Assembly (NCBI GenBank): GCA_041690135.1
Contig: JAWLHY010000006.1
Location: 326,337 to 390,336 of the forward strand
Length of the DNA stretch: 64,000 nucleotides
Source of the DNA: Armatimonadota bacterium
GTDB lineage: Bacteria; Armatimonadota; SYMT01
Direction of reading: 5' to 3'
This document shows, piece after piece, positions 38,479 through 47,678 of the stretch. Each line of letters starts with the position of its first letter. Positions within the stretch are counted from its first letter, which is position 1. The translations under genes were made by a program, and so were the position numbers. The notes under the pieces were generated by a model. It was not told the origin of the DNA. It saw only the letters and a program-made list of their open reading frames with translations, and did no database searches.

Positions 38479-39546
38479 TCAGTTCTTCATTCCGGTTACG
38501 GTAATACCCTGGATAAAGGTCTTCTGGGCAAAGAAGAAGATCACGATCACCGGCACGACCACCAGGGTCGAAGCGGCCATCAGCAGGGGCCATTGGGTGC
38601 CGCCGTGCTGGCTCTGGTAAGCTTGCAGGCCGTAGGCCAGGGTGTACATCTTCTGATCGGTCAGGTAGATCAGCGGCCCCAAGAAGTCGTTCCACACGTG
38701 CATGAAGTTGAACAGCGCCACCACGGCCAGGGCCGGCTTGGAGAGCGGCAAGATCACATCGCGGAAGATCCGGAACTCCGAACAACCGTCGATCTTCGCC
38801 GCATCCGACAGTTCAAAGGGGATGGTCAGGAAGAATTGCCGCAGCAGAAAGATGTTGAAGGCGCTGCCGAAGAAGGCCGGCACCCAAAGTGGCTTGGGGC
38901 TCCCTACCCAGCCCAGCGACTTGAAGACGACGTAGACCGGCACCATGAGCACGGGGAACGGGATCATCATGGTCGCGATCGTGAGCCCAAAGGCAAGGTT
39001 TCGCCCCGGCCACACGATGCGCGCAAATCCGTAGGCCACCAGCGCATTCGAGAGAGCCGTTCCCAGCACCGAGAGGATCGCGATGTAGAGTGTGTTCTTT
39101 CCATAGCGCAAGAACGGTATGTAACCCAGCTCATCCGTCTTATAGGTAACGGCCTTCCAGTAGTTCTCCCACCGATAGACGGGCGGTATCCGTACGGAGG
39201 TGGCCGGCACCCACAACCGCTCCTTCCGGCCCCCCACTGTGTCCCTCTCGATATAGGCCTGGTCCCCTTCCCGGCCGAGCAGAGCCACCAGGGTCTCTTC
39301 CGGGCGGCTGATTTCCCCTGCGGAAGCCGATAACGGAGACAGGTAAAAAGCAGCCGGATAGCGCACCCCATCCGAGCCGGTGATGGCTTCCGGGTAGGGC
39401 AGCAGGCGCGGCGGCATCTCGGAAGTCTGGCTCAACGGCTTCAGCGAGGTGGCGACCATCCAGAGGAGCGGAAACAAGAAGATAACGCTTCCACCCAGCA
39501 GGATCAGGGTGATCACCACCCGGGCAAGGGGAGACCTGGCTTGCAT
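38479..39546 (-). CDS. Carbohydrate ABC transporter permease
   Basis: EAA loop LSDAAKIDGCSEFRIF; FFAQKTFIQG. Confidence 0.93.
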   Translation of the reverse strand: MQARSPLARVVITLILLGGSVIFLFPLLWMVATSLKPLSQTSEMPPRLLPYPEAITGSDGVRYPAAFYLSPLSASAGEISRPEETLVALLGREGDQAYIERDTVGGRKERLWVPATSVRIPPVYRWENYWKAVTYKTDELGYIPFLRYGKNTLYIAILSVLGTALSNALVAYGFARIVWPGRNLAFGLTIATMMIPFPVLMVPVYVVFKSLGWVGSPKPLWVPAFFGSAFNIFLLRQFFLTIPFELSDAAKIDGCSEFRIFRDVILPLSKPALAVVALFNFMHVWNDFLGPLIYLTDQKMYTLAYGLQAYQSQHGGTQWPLLMAASTLVVVPVIVIFFFAQKTFIQGITVTGMKN

Positions 39547-39552
39547 CGCGGA

Positions 39553-40677
39553 TCAGCTCCCCCCGTAGTGGACGTGCCGATCGCTGAGCCGCAGGGCCAG
39601 CATGGTCAGTCCAAAAACGATTACGAAGAGGATCCATGCCATAGCCGAGGCATACCCCATCCGCAGGTAAAGGAAGGCGTTATCGAACAGGTTCACCGCC
39701 AGGAAGTAGGCGCTGCGGGCCGGCTGTCCTCCGGGCGCCATCACGAAGGGCAGGGCAAAAAAGTTGAACGTTCCGATGATCGCCATGATGCCGTTGAAAA
39801 GAATCGTGGGGCTGACCATCGGCAGGGTGACATGTTGTACTTTTTGCCACCAGGTAGCGCCGTCCAGATCCGCCGCTTCCAGCAGATGGACCGGTACGTC
39901 TTGCAGGCCGGCCAGGTAAATGACCACCGAGTTGCCTACCCCATACAACGTCACCAGCACGAACGCCGGCTTCACCCAGGCGGTCTCGCTCAGCCAACTC
40001 GGCAGGTTGATAGAGCAGGAACCCAGGGCCGCTGTGTTCCCCGACTGCCAGGTAAGGAAAAGGACCAAAGCTCCTGCCAGCCCGGCCCCCAAATAGCGCC
40101 CGCGGGGCCGGCCGGGTTTGCGACCCTTGAGATGCGGCGGATCCGGAGTCCCGCTGCGCACGAGCAGGACCAGCGTGAGCAGAAGGAGCGACATCCAGCC
40201 CCACTGCGCCAGGACGGTTCCAAGCACCAGGTTGAGGATGCCGTTCTTCCCATTGAGGATCAGCAACCAGAGGATGCCCATCGCTACCGCGGGCACCAGC
40301 GACGGCAGGAAAAAGATCGTTCGGTAAACTGCCATACCGGGCACGCCGGTGTTGAGCAGCATCGCCAGGGACAGTGCCACCAGAATGCTCAAGGGGATGG
40401 CCGCGAGGGCATAGACCACCGTGTTGGCGAGAGCCTGTAGGAACGCCTCATCTCCCAGGAGTTGCCGGTAATTCTCCAGACCGATAAACCGCGCAGGCTG
40501 CAGCACCGAGAAGTCGCACAGGCTGTAGTAGAGCGACATGGAGATCGGGTAGGCGAGAAACAGACCAAAGCCCACGAGCCATGGAGCGACAAACAAGAGG
40601 CCGTTGCGCAGGTTGGTCTTCTCGACCCGGGTGAGGCCCCGTTTCCGCTTGATGGCTACTCTTTCCGGTCCCTTCAC
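39553..40677 (-). CDS. Carbohydrate ABC transporter permease (with extra hydrophobic insertion)
   Basis: GLENY; LLEAADLDGATWWQK; GYASAMAW. Confidence 0.92.
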   Translation of the reverse strand: MKGPERVAIKRKRGLTRVEKTNLRNGLLFVAPWLVGFGLFLAYPISMSLYYSLCDFSVLQPARFIGLENYRQLLGDEAFLQALANTVVYALAAIPLSILVALSLAMLLNTGVPGMAVYRTIFFLPSLVPAVAMGILWLLILNGKNGILNLVLGTVLAQWGWMSLLLLTLVLLVRSGTPDPPHLKGRKPGRPRGRYLGAGLAGALVLFLTWQSGNTAALGSCSINLPSWLSETAWVKPAFVLVTLYGVGNSVVIYLAGLQDVPVHLLEAADLDGATWWQKVQHVTLPMVSPTILFNGIMAIIGTFNFFALPFVMAPGGQPARSAYFLAVNLFDNAFLYLRMGYASAMAWILFVIVFGLTMLALRLSDRHVHYGGS

Positions 40678-40690
40678 GAACGGCCCCCTC

Positions 40691-42013
40691 TTAATTCCGG
40701 TTCAGGTTCGCGTGGTAGCGGGCTAATTTCGGCTGAATCCGCTGGTCGATGTAAGCCAGCGCCTCCGCGGGCTTCTTACCGTTGATCCAGAACTGCTCGA
40801 AGCCGGTCTTGATCTCGTCCTGCCACTCCCGCCACACGCCGACCCGCGGCGTGGTGAAGGTGTTCCCATAACGAGCCAGATCGTAGAAGAGCCGGATGCG
40901 CTTGTTCCGGTGCCGCCGGTAGAAGTTCTCCGACACCCGGCTGAGGGGCGAATGCTTCCAGTGCGAATCGCACAACATCTCCATTCCCTCCTGCGACTGC
41001 AGGAAGCGAATGAATTCCCAGGCCTCGTTCGGATGCTTCGCACCGGTCGGAATCACCACCACGTCCGAGCCCACCGGCGTCGAGTTAACCAGGTCGGGCC
41101 GGTCTGCCGGATATGGAAACGGCGCGGCATCCCAGTCCAGGCTGGGGTTGCTGTTGTGGATGTAGTTCGCCATCCAGACCCCCTGGAGGACCATTGCCAC
41201 CTGGCCGGACATGAATGCGTTCTGCGGCGAGGCAAAGTTGCCGAAGCCGCTCTGGAACACCTGGATGTCCCGGTTTCCGTATCGATCCGCGTAAGCTTTC
41301 ACCCAGTCGAAGGCGCGCACGTTCTCGGAAGTCACCATCGTGGCCCGGCCCGTTTCGTCTTGCAGGCGGCCTCCGAAGAAATAGCCCCAGCCCCAGTTCC
41401 ACCAACCGGGTTCGGTGGGAAGAAAGCCCATCCGGACGATCTTTCCGGCGGCGTCCCGCTTCGTAAGCCTCTCCGACATCGCGTCGAGCTCTTCGATGGT
41501 GCGCGGAGGGCGGTCCGGGTCCAGCCCGGCCTCACGGAACAGTTTCCGGTTCCAGTGTAGCGCTACGGAAACGGGCGTCGTCGGCAGAGCATACGTGCGC
41601 CCCTGGTGCCGGCAAAGCTCCCAGTACGCCTTGAGGTAGTGGTCCGCACCCAGACCATCCCTTTCCAGATAGCGGTCGAGGGGCTGGATCGCGTTGTAGT
41701 CGGCGTAGACGACCACGTTGTAGTCCCAGATCCCGGCGACGTCCGGCGGGTCCCCTCCTGCGGTAGAGAGCAGGAGCTTCTGGTCCACCTGGCTGATCGC
41801 CAGGTAATCGACATGGATGCGGTCCTGCCGGGCGTTGAAGGCCTCCACGACCTTCCGCATTCCATTTTCCTCGGCGCCGGTCCACTTCTCCCAGTAGCGG
41901 ATGTGCACTTTGCCGTCCGCCGGAGCGGGCTCCGGCCGGAACAGCAGCCAGAAGGCCACCACCGCCACCAGGGCCAGAAGCGGCCCCCCAGATCGACGCG
42001 CGAGTTCACCCAC
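40691..42013 (-). CDS. Carbohydrate ABC transporter substrate-binding protein
   Basis: AGGDPPDV, YALP, WNRKLFREAGLDP, FMSGQVAM. Confidence 0.92.
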   Translation of the reverse strand: MGELARRSGGPLLALVAVVAFWLLFRPEPAPADGKVHIRYWEKWTGAEENGMRKVVEAFNARQDRIHVDYLAISQVDQKLLLSTAGGDPPDVAGIWDYNVVVYADYNAIQPLDRYLERDGLGADHYLKAYWELCRHQGRTYALPTTPVSVALHWNRKLFREAGLDPDRPPRTIEELDAMSERLTKRDAAGKIVRMGFLPTEPGWWNWGWGYFFGGRLQDETGRATMVTSENVRAFDWVKAYADRYGNRDIQVFQSGFGNFASPQNAFMSGQVAMVLQGVWMANYIHNSNPSLDWDAAPFPYPADRPDLVNSTPVGSDVVVIPTGAKHPNEAWEFIRFLQSQEGMEMLCDSHWKHSPLSRVSENFYRRHRNKRIRLFYDLARYGNTFTTPRVGVWREWQDEIKTGFEQFWINGKKPAEALAYIDQRIQPKLARYHANLNRN

Positions 42014-42108
42014 TAGCGGATCTCCACCCGCTTTGCTGCCCCAAAGTCGCTTTCGAGAAGGCTATTGACCCGTAGCCGCCTGGCAGCATCGCCAGTTCCT
42101 ATCATCAT
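42013..42108 (-). pseudogene. 31-codon remnant resembling the fused N- and C-termini of a clan AA aspartic protease
   Basis: MMIGTGDAARR...LESDFGAAKRVEIR; overlaps the upstream stop (ATGA). Confidence 0.35.
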
Positions 42109-42348
42109 CGCTGCAACATCTCGAAAGCTGCTTCATCGCCCACCCGGATGAGCACATGCCAACCAGTGCTCCCCTGTGCTTTGAGGCGATCGTGCGCTCC
42201 CACGGGCGTATCCCCCAAGGCGTATGAGCTTGCTTCGGCATCAATGGCTACGAACTCACCCAAGTGATCGGGCTCCAGGAGAAGCCGAAGGCGGTCCTGG
42301 TAATACTTCAAGCCGGGAAGTGCTGAGAAGATCATCAAGTACTCGCAT
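42105..42348 (-). CDS. Small DUF5678-like protein, possibly 5'-frameshifted
   Basis: YYQDRLRLLLEPDHLGEFVAID...Y.LG...IRVG; the ATG with an RBS at 42348 is out of frame with the 42338 ORF. Confidence 0.5.
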
Positions 42349-42365
42349 TGCTTCTTCTAACTCCC

Positions 42366-43064
42366 TTACGGCCGAGCTCCCAACACTTGCTGGATGGCCG
42401 GCATCAGCTCGCGCGCGGGTACGGCCACTGCCTGGATCCGCAGGCCGGTCACTTCGCGCAGCTCGTCGATCGCAAAGGGATTGTTCGGATCGGTCATCGC
42501 CACCACCAGCGTATCGGCCGAGCGGGCGACGGGAAGACACATGTGCTTGCGGATCACGGCCTGCGGCACCAACGCCAGCGCGTTCGGATCGATCGGGCGC
42601 CCCATCAGCGAAACGGACACCTGCGACGGGGGGGCCGCCGCCTGGAGCAGCGGCACACCGGTCTGCGGGTCTCCGGTCCGCTGCCAGCGGGTGTTCCCCG
42701 CCCGCAACAGAGTGAGTTCCACGGTGTGCAGCACCTTATTGCCGGGCATCACTTTCCCCGCGTGGACCTCGTTCCGGCGCGCCACGCTGACAAACAACTC
42801 CGCATAGCCGTTGGCCACATGCCCCTGCGCGGAGATGATCTGGCCCGGCCCCTGCTTCTCCACGGCATAGACCGCCGGAGGCCAGAGCAGGTTGGCCGGC
42901 ACCTCCAGGCGGATTTGCTCCAGCGTGCCCGTGCCCGAGATCACCGCCCCGGCGGCAACCTGGCAATCCGACACGACCTGGTTGACCGAAGCGAGCAGGT
43001 CTTCCCCCGCATCGACCCGGACGGCAATGACTTCTACGGCGGATGCACCCCGAAAGTACTGCAT
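42366..43064 (-). CDS. PPC/DUF296 domain fused to a GspE/PilB N-terminal (T2SSE_N) domain
   Basis: RVDAGEDLL...VISGTGTL; C-terminal ALVP..VIRKHMCLPV...LVVAMTDPNNPFAIDELREVTG. Confidence 0.75.
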   Translation of the reverse strand: MQYFRGASAVEVIAVRVDAGEDLLASVNQVVSDCQVAAGAVISGTGTLEQIRLEVPANLLWPPAVYAVEKQGPGQIISAQGHVANGYAELFVSVARRNEVHAGKVMPGNKVLHTVELTLLRAGNTRWQRTGDPQTGVPLLQAAAPPSQVSVSLMGRPIDPNALALVPQAVIRKHMCLPVARSADTLVVAMTDPNNPFAIDELREVTGLRIQAVAVPARELMPAIQQVLGARP

Positions 43065-43557
43065 GGTTCCGTTCCTTTTCTCTGGACCCACTTGAGCCGG
43101 AGTAAGTTCCAGGTGAAGCTCGCCTCCCGCCCCCGGTGAATCGGAACACCTGTGGCGGTGCGGCGAAAACTTGAGAAGGCCGAACAGCCGGCGGGCAAGC
43201 TTGATAACTCCTCGGAGCCTGTCGCGGGACAGCGATCGCGGACGTGGGCGTTCCGAGAGGCGAACCGATACCGGTCAATTCGGCCCGGGGAGTAAATCGG
43301 CCTGCTTGGAGCAGAGGAAACGGCCTCTACAGGCGGATTCCTTACATAGGTTTCCAGGATGGCGTTGAAGCGGCGGGGGTTCGGGTGAGCTGGAGTCTCC
43401 AGCGAATGCCGCCTCGACAGGCAGCCAGGAGCGCGAGCTCGCAGCATACTTTGATGCCCACCGGTCCTCGGGGTCAAGCAAGACTTGCCCCCCCTGCTCA
43501 CACGAACCGGCGCCCGATTGAAACTGCCAGGGGATTACCCGAGGCAGCAGGACCCAC

Positions 43558-43752
43558 TTACCAGGGCTTGCCGGTGGTGACCAACCCGATGAGCCAACCG
43601 GCAACCAGAACCTCGCAGCCCCCCACCACGGCCAGAACGCACCAGACGACCTGCTGCCGCCGCCGGGCGCGCACCACCTCGGCGTCACCTTCCGGCTCCT
43701 GCCCGGCCGCCACCGGTAGCGCTCCCAGGTTCTGTACTTGATGTCCCAGCAT
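43558..43752 (-). CDS. Small protein with C-terminal TM helix, 64 aa
   Basis: Purine-rich RBS GAAGGGGAAGAGAG; RRR followed by a hydrophobic helix. Confidence 0.45.
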   Translation of the reverse strand: MLGHQVQNLGALPVAAGQEPEGDAEVVRARRRQQVVWCVLAVVGGCEVLVAGWLIGLVTTGKPW

Positions 43753-43985
43753 CTCTCTTCCCCTTCAGGCCAACTGCTCGCCCGTATCAGGGCCGACTGC
43801 CGTGTGGGTCCGCCTCGCGGCATTCCCTTGAAGAACGCGCATTTTGTGTTGGACGTCTCAACGGATAGCGATGTTCGGGTATCGGAGAAGACCACTTCGG
43901 AGGGTCACACGACATCCGCGTGAGCGCGTTATTAGTGATGATAGTCAATTCCGGAACCGTTCAAACCCAACTTCCGGACTTCCAT

Positions 43986-44028
43986 TCCACCTTCCGTCTA
44001 CCTTCCTCCCACCTTCTTCCCACCTTCC
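43986..44028. repeat. Four 11-bp-period direct repeats (core ACCTTC)
   Basis: ACCTTC at 43989, 44000, 44011 and 44022. Confidence 0.7.
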
Positions 44029-44070
44029 GGTGGAGTTCCCAGGATGCCCAGAAGAAGCATGGAGGCGAAG

Positions 44071-44099
44071 TTGCCACGACTAAGCGCCTGTGGTAGAGT
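44071..44099 (+). promoter_or_regulatory. sigma70 promoter for the RRM gene
   Basis: TTGCCA, 17 nt, TAGAGT, with extended -10 TG. Confidence 0.6.
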
Positions 44100-44149
44100 A
44101 TTTTCAAGTTCAGATCGAGTTCGTAAGTTCACCGGTCTCGGAAGCCGAA

Positions 44150-44193
44150 GCTCTCCCGATCGCACCTTACGGAGGTGGGGGGGCCTTTTTGTT
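44150..44193 (+). terminator. Terminator-like hairpin inside the RRM 5' leader
   Basis: GCTCTCCC...GGGGGGGC followed by CTTTTTGTT. Confidence 0.4.
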
Positions 44194-44288
44194 ACCCCGT
44201 ACCGACGGACCGACTGACCCTATGCGGCCGGGGAGGCTGGCCGCCGTGATTCCGGTCCCAACAGAAGGGGGGCCGGAGAGGACCCGTG

Positions 44289-44714
44289 ATGACCAAGCGA
44301 CTTTTCGTCGGCAACCTTTCTTTCAGGACTTCCGAGGACGAACTACTGCAGGCTTTCGAGGAATTCGGCGCCACCACGGCGACGATTCCCACCAACGAAG
44401 ACGGCCGCCCGCGCGGCTTCGGCTTCGTCGAGGTGGATGCGGACCAGATGGACGCTGCGATCGCGCGCTGGGACGGCAAGGAACTCTCGGGCCGCACCAT
44501 TGCGGTGAATGAGGCCCGACCGCGCCCGGACCGGGGTAGCGGTGGCGGTGGTGGCGGCTACGGCGGTGGCGGCGGCCGCGGTGGCGGTGGTGGTTACGGC
44601 GGCGGCGGTGGCTACGGCGGTGGCGGCGGCTACGGTGGTGGCGGCGGCGGCGGCGGCCGGGGTGGCCGCGGCGGTGACCGGGGTGGCTACGGCGGCGGTG
44701 GTGGCCGCTGGTAA
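44289..44714 (+). CDS. RRM RNA-binding protein with Gly/Tyr/Arg-rich tail
   Basis: RNP2 LFVGNL, RNP1 RGFGFVE, VNEARPR, GGGYGG repeats. Confidence 0.95.
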   Translation: MTKRLFVGNLSFRTSEDELLQAFEEFGATTATIPTNEDGRPRGFGFVEVDADQMDAAIARWDGKELSGRTIAVNEARPRPDRGSGGGGGGYGGGGGRGGGGGYGGGGGYGGGGGYGGGGGGGGRGGRGGDRGGYGGGGGRW

Positions 44715-44736
44715 TCCTGCGCCAGCCAATTGGAAC

Positions 44737-44775
44737 AGAAGCCCGCGCGGCCGAGCCGCGCGGGCTTCTTCTTGT
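44737..44775 (+). terminator. Intrinsic terminator
   Basis: AGAAGCCCGCGCGGC-cga-GCCGCGCGGGCTTCT then TCTTGT. Confidence 0.75.
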
Positions 44776-44815
44776 CAAATGTCGAGTTACCTGGGTGCGG
44801 GTCCGGTAGGGAGTC

Positions 44816-45982
44816 ATGGCGAGACGGAGGACCGATAAGGAGCAGGCAAGGAAAGCTGTCTACCGGGAAACGGGCGCCGCCAGGATCCACCAGGGCTGCG
44901 TGTGGGAGGACGCGGATGTGCTATGTGAAGCGCTCTCGCCCATTGCGCAAGGAGGACGCATCCTTTCGGTGGCTTCGGCCGGCGACAACGCGCTGGCGCT
45001 TTTGACCCTCGACCCGGAAGAGGTCACGGTGGTGGACCCGAATCCCGCGCACCTCTTCTGCCTGGAACTGCGGGTGGCCGCCTTCCGTCGCCTGAGAGAC
45101 TCGGAGTTGCTGGAGTTCCTGGGCGTGACTCCCTCCGAGCGACGCAAGCAGATCTACGGCAAGAAGCTGCGTGAACTGCTTCGCCCCGAGGCGCGCCACT
45201 TCTGGGACTCCCACGGTCGCGCGGTGGGCCAGGGGATCATCCACTCCGGTCAACTCGAGCGCCGCATCCGTCTCCTCCGCCGGTTCTTGCTCCCACTCAT
45301 CCACCCCGAAGGCCGCATCCGGCAACTCCGGTCGCCGCGCACCCCCGCCATGAAGGAAGAATTCTATCGCCGCTCCTGGGATACCCCGCGTTGGCGCTGG
45401 TGGGTCCGCTTCATGTGCACCCCGCGCCTACTATCCCACCTCGGGTGCGATCCGTCCCTGGCCGACATGGATGTCGCCTTGGGTTCGGCGAGCTCGCCGA
45501 CCGCACTGGAAGCGGACGGGCTGGCGTATCACCTGTTGTCGCGGACGCAACATGCGCTCACGCAACTACCCGTCCAGTCCAATCCCTACCTCGCCTACTT
45601 ACTCACCGGCACGTTCCCTCCCGAAGCCCGTCCGCTTTACCTGCGGCCTGGAATGATGGGCAAGATCCGGCGACGGCTCGACCGCCTGCGCTGGGTCCAG
45701 GGCCATGCGGAGCAGGCGGCGCGGGGTCACTTCGACGGGTTTAACCTGTCGCGGTTCTTTGAAGGAATGCCCTCCGAACGGTTCGAACGGGCGTATACGA
45801 CGCTGTGCGATCGTGCCAATCCGGGTGCTCGGTTCGTCTACTGGAGCCTGCGCTCCTTACCCGATCGTCCACCGTCCCTTGCCGAGCGCGTTCAGCCGCT
45901 GGAAGAATTGGCCGCGCAACTCCATGCCAGAGATGCTGCGTGGTTTTATCAAAGGGTCCATGTAGACGAAGCCCGCCTTTGA
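44816..45982 (+). CDS. DUF3419 / BtaA-like (SAM 3-amino-3-carboxypropyl transferase family) protein
   Basis: WEDADVL, ILSVASAGDNAL, LELRVAAF, NPYL, PLYLR. Confidence 0.8.
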   Translation: MARRRTDKEQARKAVYRETGAARIHQGCVWEDADVLCEALSPIAQGGRILSVASAGDNALALLTLDPEEVTVVDPNPAHLFCLELRVAAFRRLRDSELLEFLGVTPSERRKQIYGKKLRELLRPEARHFWDSHGRAVGQGIIHSGQLERRIRLLRRFLLPLIHPEGRIRQLRSPRTPAMKEEFYRRSWDTPRWRWWVRFMCTPRLLSHLGCDPSLADMDVALGSASSPTALEADGLAYHLLSRTQHALTQLPVQSNPYLAYLLTGTFPPEARPLYLRPGMMGKIRRRLDRLRWVQGHAEQAARGHFDGFNLSRFFEGMPSERFERAYTTLCDRANPGARFVYWSLRSLPDRPPSLAERVQPLEELAAQLHARDAAWFYQRVHVDEARL

Positions 45983-46085
45983 CGCTCCCGCAAACTTCGT
46001 GTTGCGTCTCACGGAGATCGCGTCGATAAAGAGCCTGGACAGTCTCACGAGGCTCCGTAACTCCTGCCATACATCCATTGCCTGC

Positions 46086-47672
46086 ATGCACTCCGCCAAC
46101 TGCAACGCCGCCGACCTGCTCGCCGTCCGCGCCGCCGTACATCCGGACCGGCCTGCCCTGATCGAACACCGCGACGGAGGTCGCCGATGCCTGACGTTCC
46201 ATGAGGTTAAGGCGGCGACGGCCCGAGCTGCCGGCCAACTGCGGCAACTCGGGGTGGAGGTTGATGACCGCGTGCTGCTGACGGGGCCCTACTCCCTCGA
46301 CCTTTACATCGCGGTGTTCGCCTGCTGGCAGGTGGGAGCGGTAGCAGTCCTTGCCGACAGCTCCGGGAGCGGCAGGTTGGAAGAGGCCGTCGAGACCACC
46401 GAGCCGCGCGCGCTCCTTTCCGGTGGCAGGAGCGGCTGGTTCCGGCGCCTCCACCCCAACCTGCGGCGGATCCCCATCCGCACCACCCTGGGACCGGCTC
46501 TCCATGCCGAGGGGCGGCGCAAGGCGGACGCGGTCGTTGATGTCGCGGTGAAGGTGGCGGAAGAACACCCGGCGTTGATCACTTTCGATTCGGCTGCGGC
46601 CGGCGCCGTTGTCCGAAGCCACGGCTTTCTTCTCTGTCAATTCCATGCCCTCCAATCGGAATTGCGTCCGCATGAATCCGACGTGGATATGCCGATGCAG
46701 CCACTCCTGGCGCTGAACAATCTGGCGGCAGGGATCACGACCGTCCTCCCTCCGGTCGGCGCCCTTCCATCCGGCTCTGCCGACCCATCATCGCTCTACC
46801 ACCAGCTAACCCGCGAAAAGGTCACTACGGCGAGTGGGTCGCCGGCCCACCTGGAGGCACTCGCGGCCTGGTGCTCGCGGCAGGGCTGCCGCCTTCCCCT
46901 CCGTGCCGTGTTTGTCGACGACGGGCCAGTCCTTCCTTCGCTGGTCCGCCTGCTGCGAGAGACCGTCGACGGCCGGGCTTTTGCCCTCTTCGGCCAGCCG
47001 GAGGCCCTGCCGATCGCCTGTATCGACTTCGAACAACTGTACACCGGCGCCACCAACAGCCGGCCGGGAGTGCCGGGCGGGATCTGTGCGGGATCGCTCA
47101 ACAGACTGCTGAACCTCCGCATCGTGCACCCTCACCCCGAGCCGATACGCCTGGGGGCGGCGGGCTGGGCGGAATGGGAAGAGCCCCGCGGTGAAATCGG
47201 CGAAATCGTCGTCACCGGTCCGCACGTTCTGCCGCCCCAATCGGGCCATGACACGGCTCCCATGCGGGAGATCGTGGAAGGGGATCGGCGGTGGCGCCGA
47301 ACCGGGGAGGCCGGCTGGATCGACCCGGAAGGACGGCTCTGGTTGATGGGCAGCCTGGGCCAGCGCGTGCGGAGAGCCGGACGGGATTGGTGGCCGATCC
47401 CCGCGGAGGTAGCGGCCGGGGCGGTTCCGCCGATCTCCCATGCCTGTTTCCTCGGCGATCCGGAGGGGGCGCCGGAACAACAGGCCTATCTGTGCGTGGA
47501 AACCCCGGGCGGACGGCTTTCGGAAACACAGCGACAACGGGTGATGACGGCGGTGGCTCCCACGCCCGTCGATCAACTCGTGGTCCTACCACAGATTCCC
47601 AGGGACCCGTGCAACCCTTTGCGCACGGACCTCGCCGCGCTTCGGGCACTCCTCCAGGAAGGCGCACGGTAA
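46086..47672 (+). CDS. AMP-binding (OleC-like) adenylate-forming fold with degenerate catalytic motifs
   Basis: HPDRPAL, ALITF, RSHGFL, GEIVVTGPHV, W.RTG.AG; P-loop absent. Confidence 0.7.
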   Translation: MHSANCNAADLLAVRAAVHPDRPALIEHRDGGRRCLTFHEVKAATARAAGQLRQLGVEVDDRVLLTGPYSLDLYIAVFACWQVGAVAVLADSSGSGRLEEAVETTEPRALLSGGRSGWFRRLHPNLRRIPIRTTLGPALHAEGRRKADAVVDVAVKVAEEHPALITFDSAAAGAVVRSHGFLLCQFHALQSELRPHESDVDMPMQPLLALNNLAAGITTVLPPVGALPSGSADPSSLYHQLTREKVTTASGSPAHLEALAAWCSRQGCRLPLRAVFVDDGPVLPSLVRLLRETVDGRAFALFGQPEALPIACIDFEQLYTGATNSRPGVPGGICAGSLNRLLNLRIVHPHPEPIRLGAAGWAEWEEPRGEIGEIVVTGPHVLPPQSGHDTAPMREIVEGDRRWRRTGEAGWIDPEGRLWLMGSLGQRVRRAGRDWWPIPAEVAAGAVPPISHACFLGDPEGAPEQQAYLCVETPGGRLSETQRQRVMTAVAPTPVDQLVVLPQIPRDPCNPLRTDLAALRALLQEGAR

Positions 47673-47678
47673 AGCCCG

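Noticed and set aside
44323-44838. Ala/Thr/Val-rich and Arg/His-rich ORFs
   Set aside because: Alternative frames of the Gly-rich RRM tail
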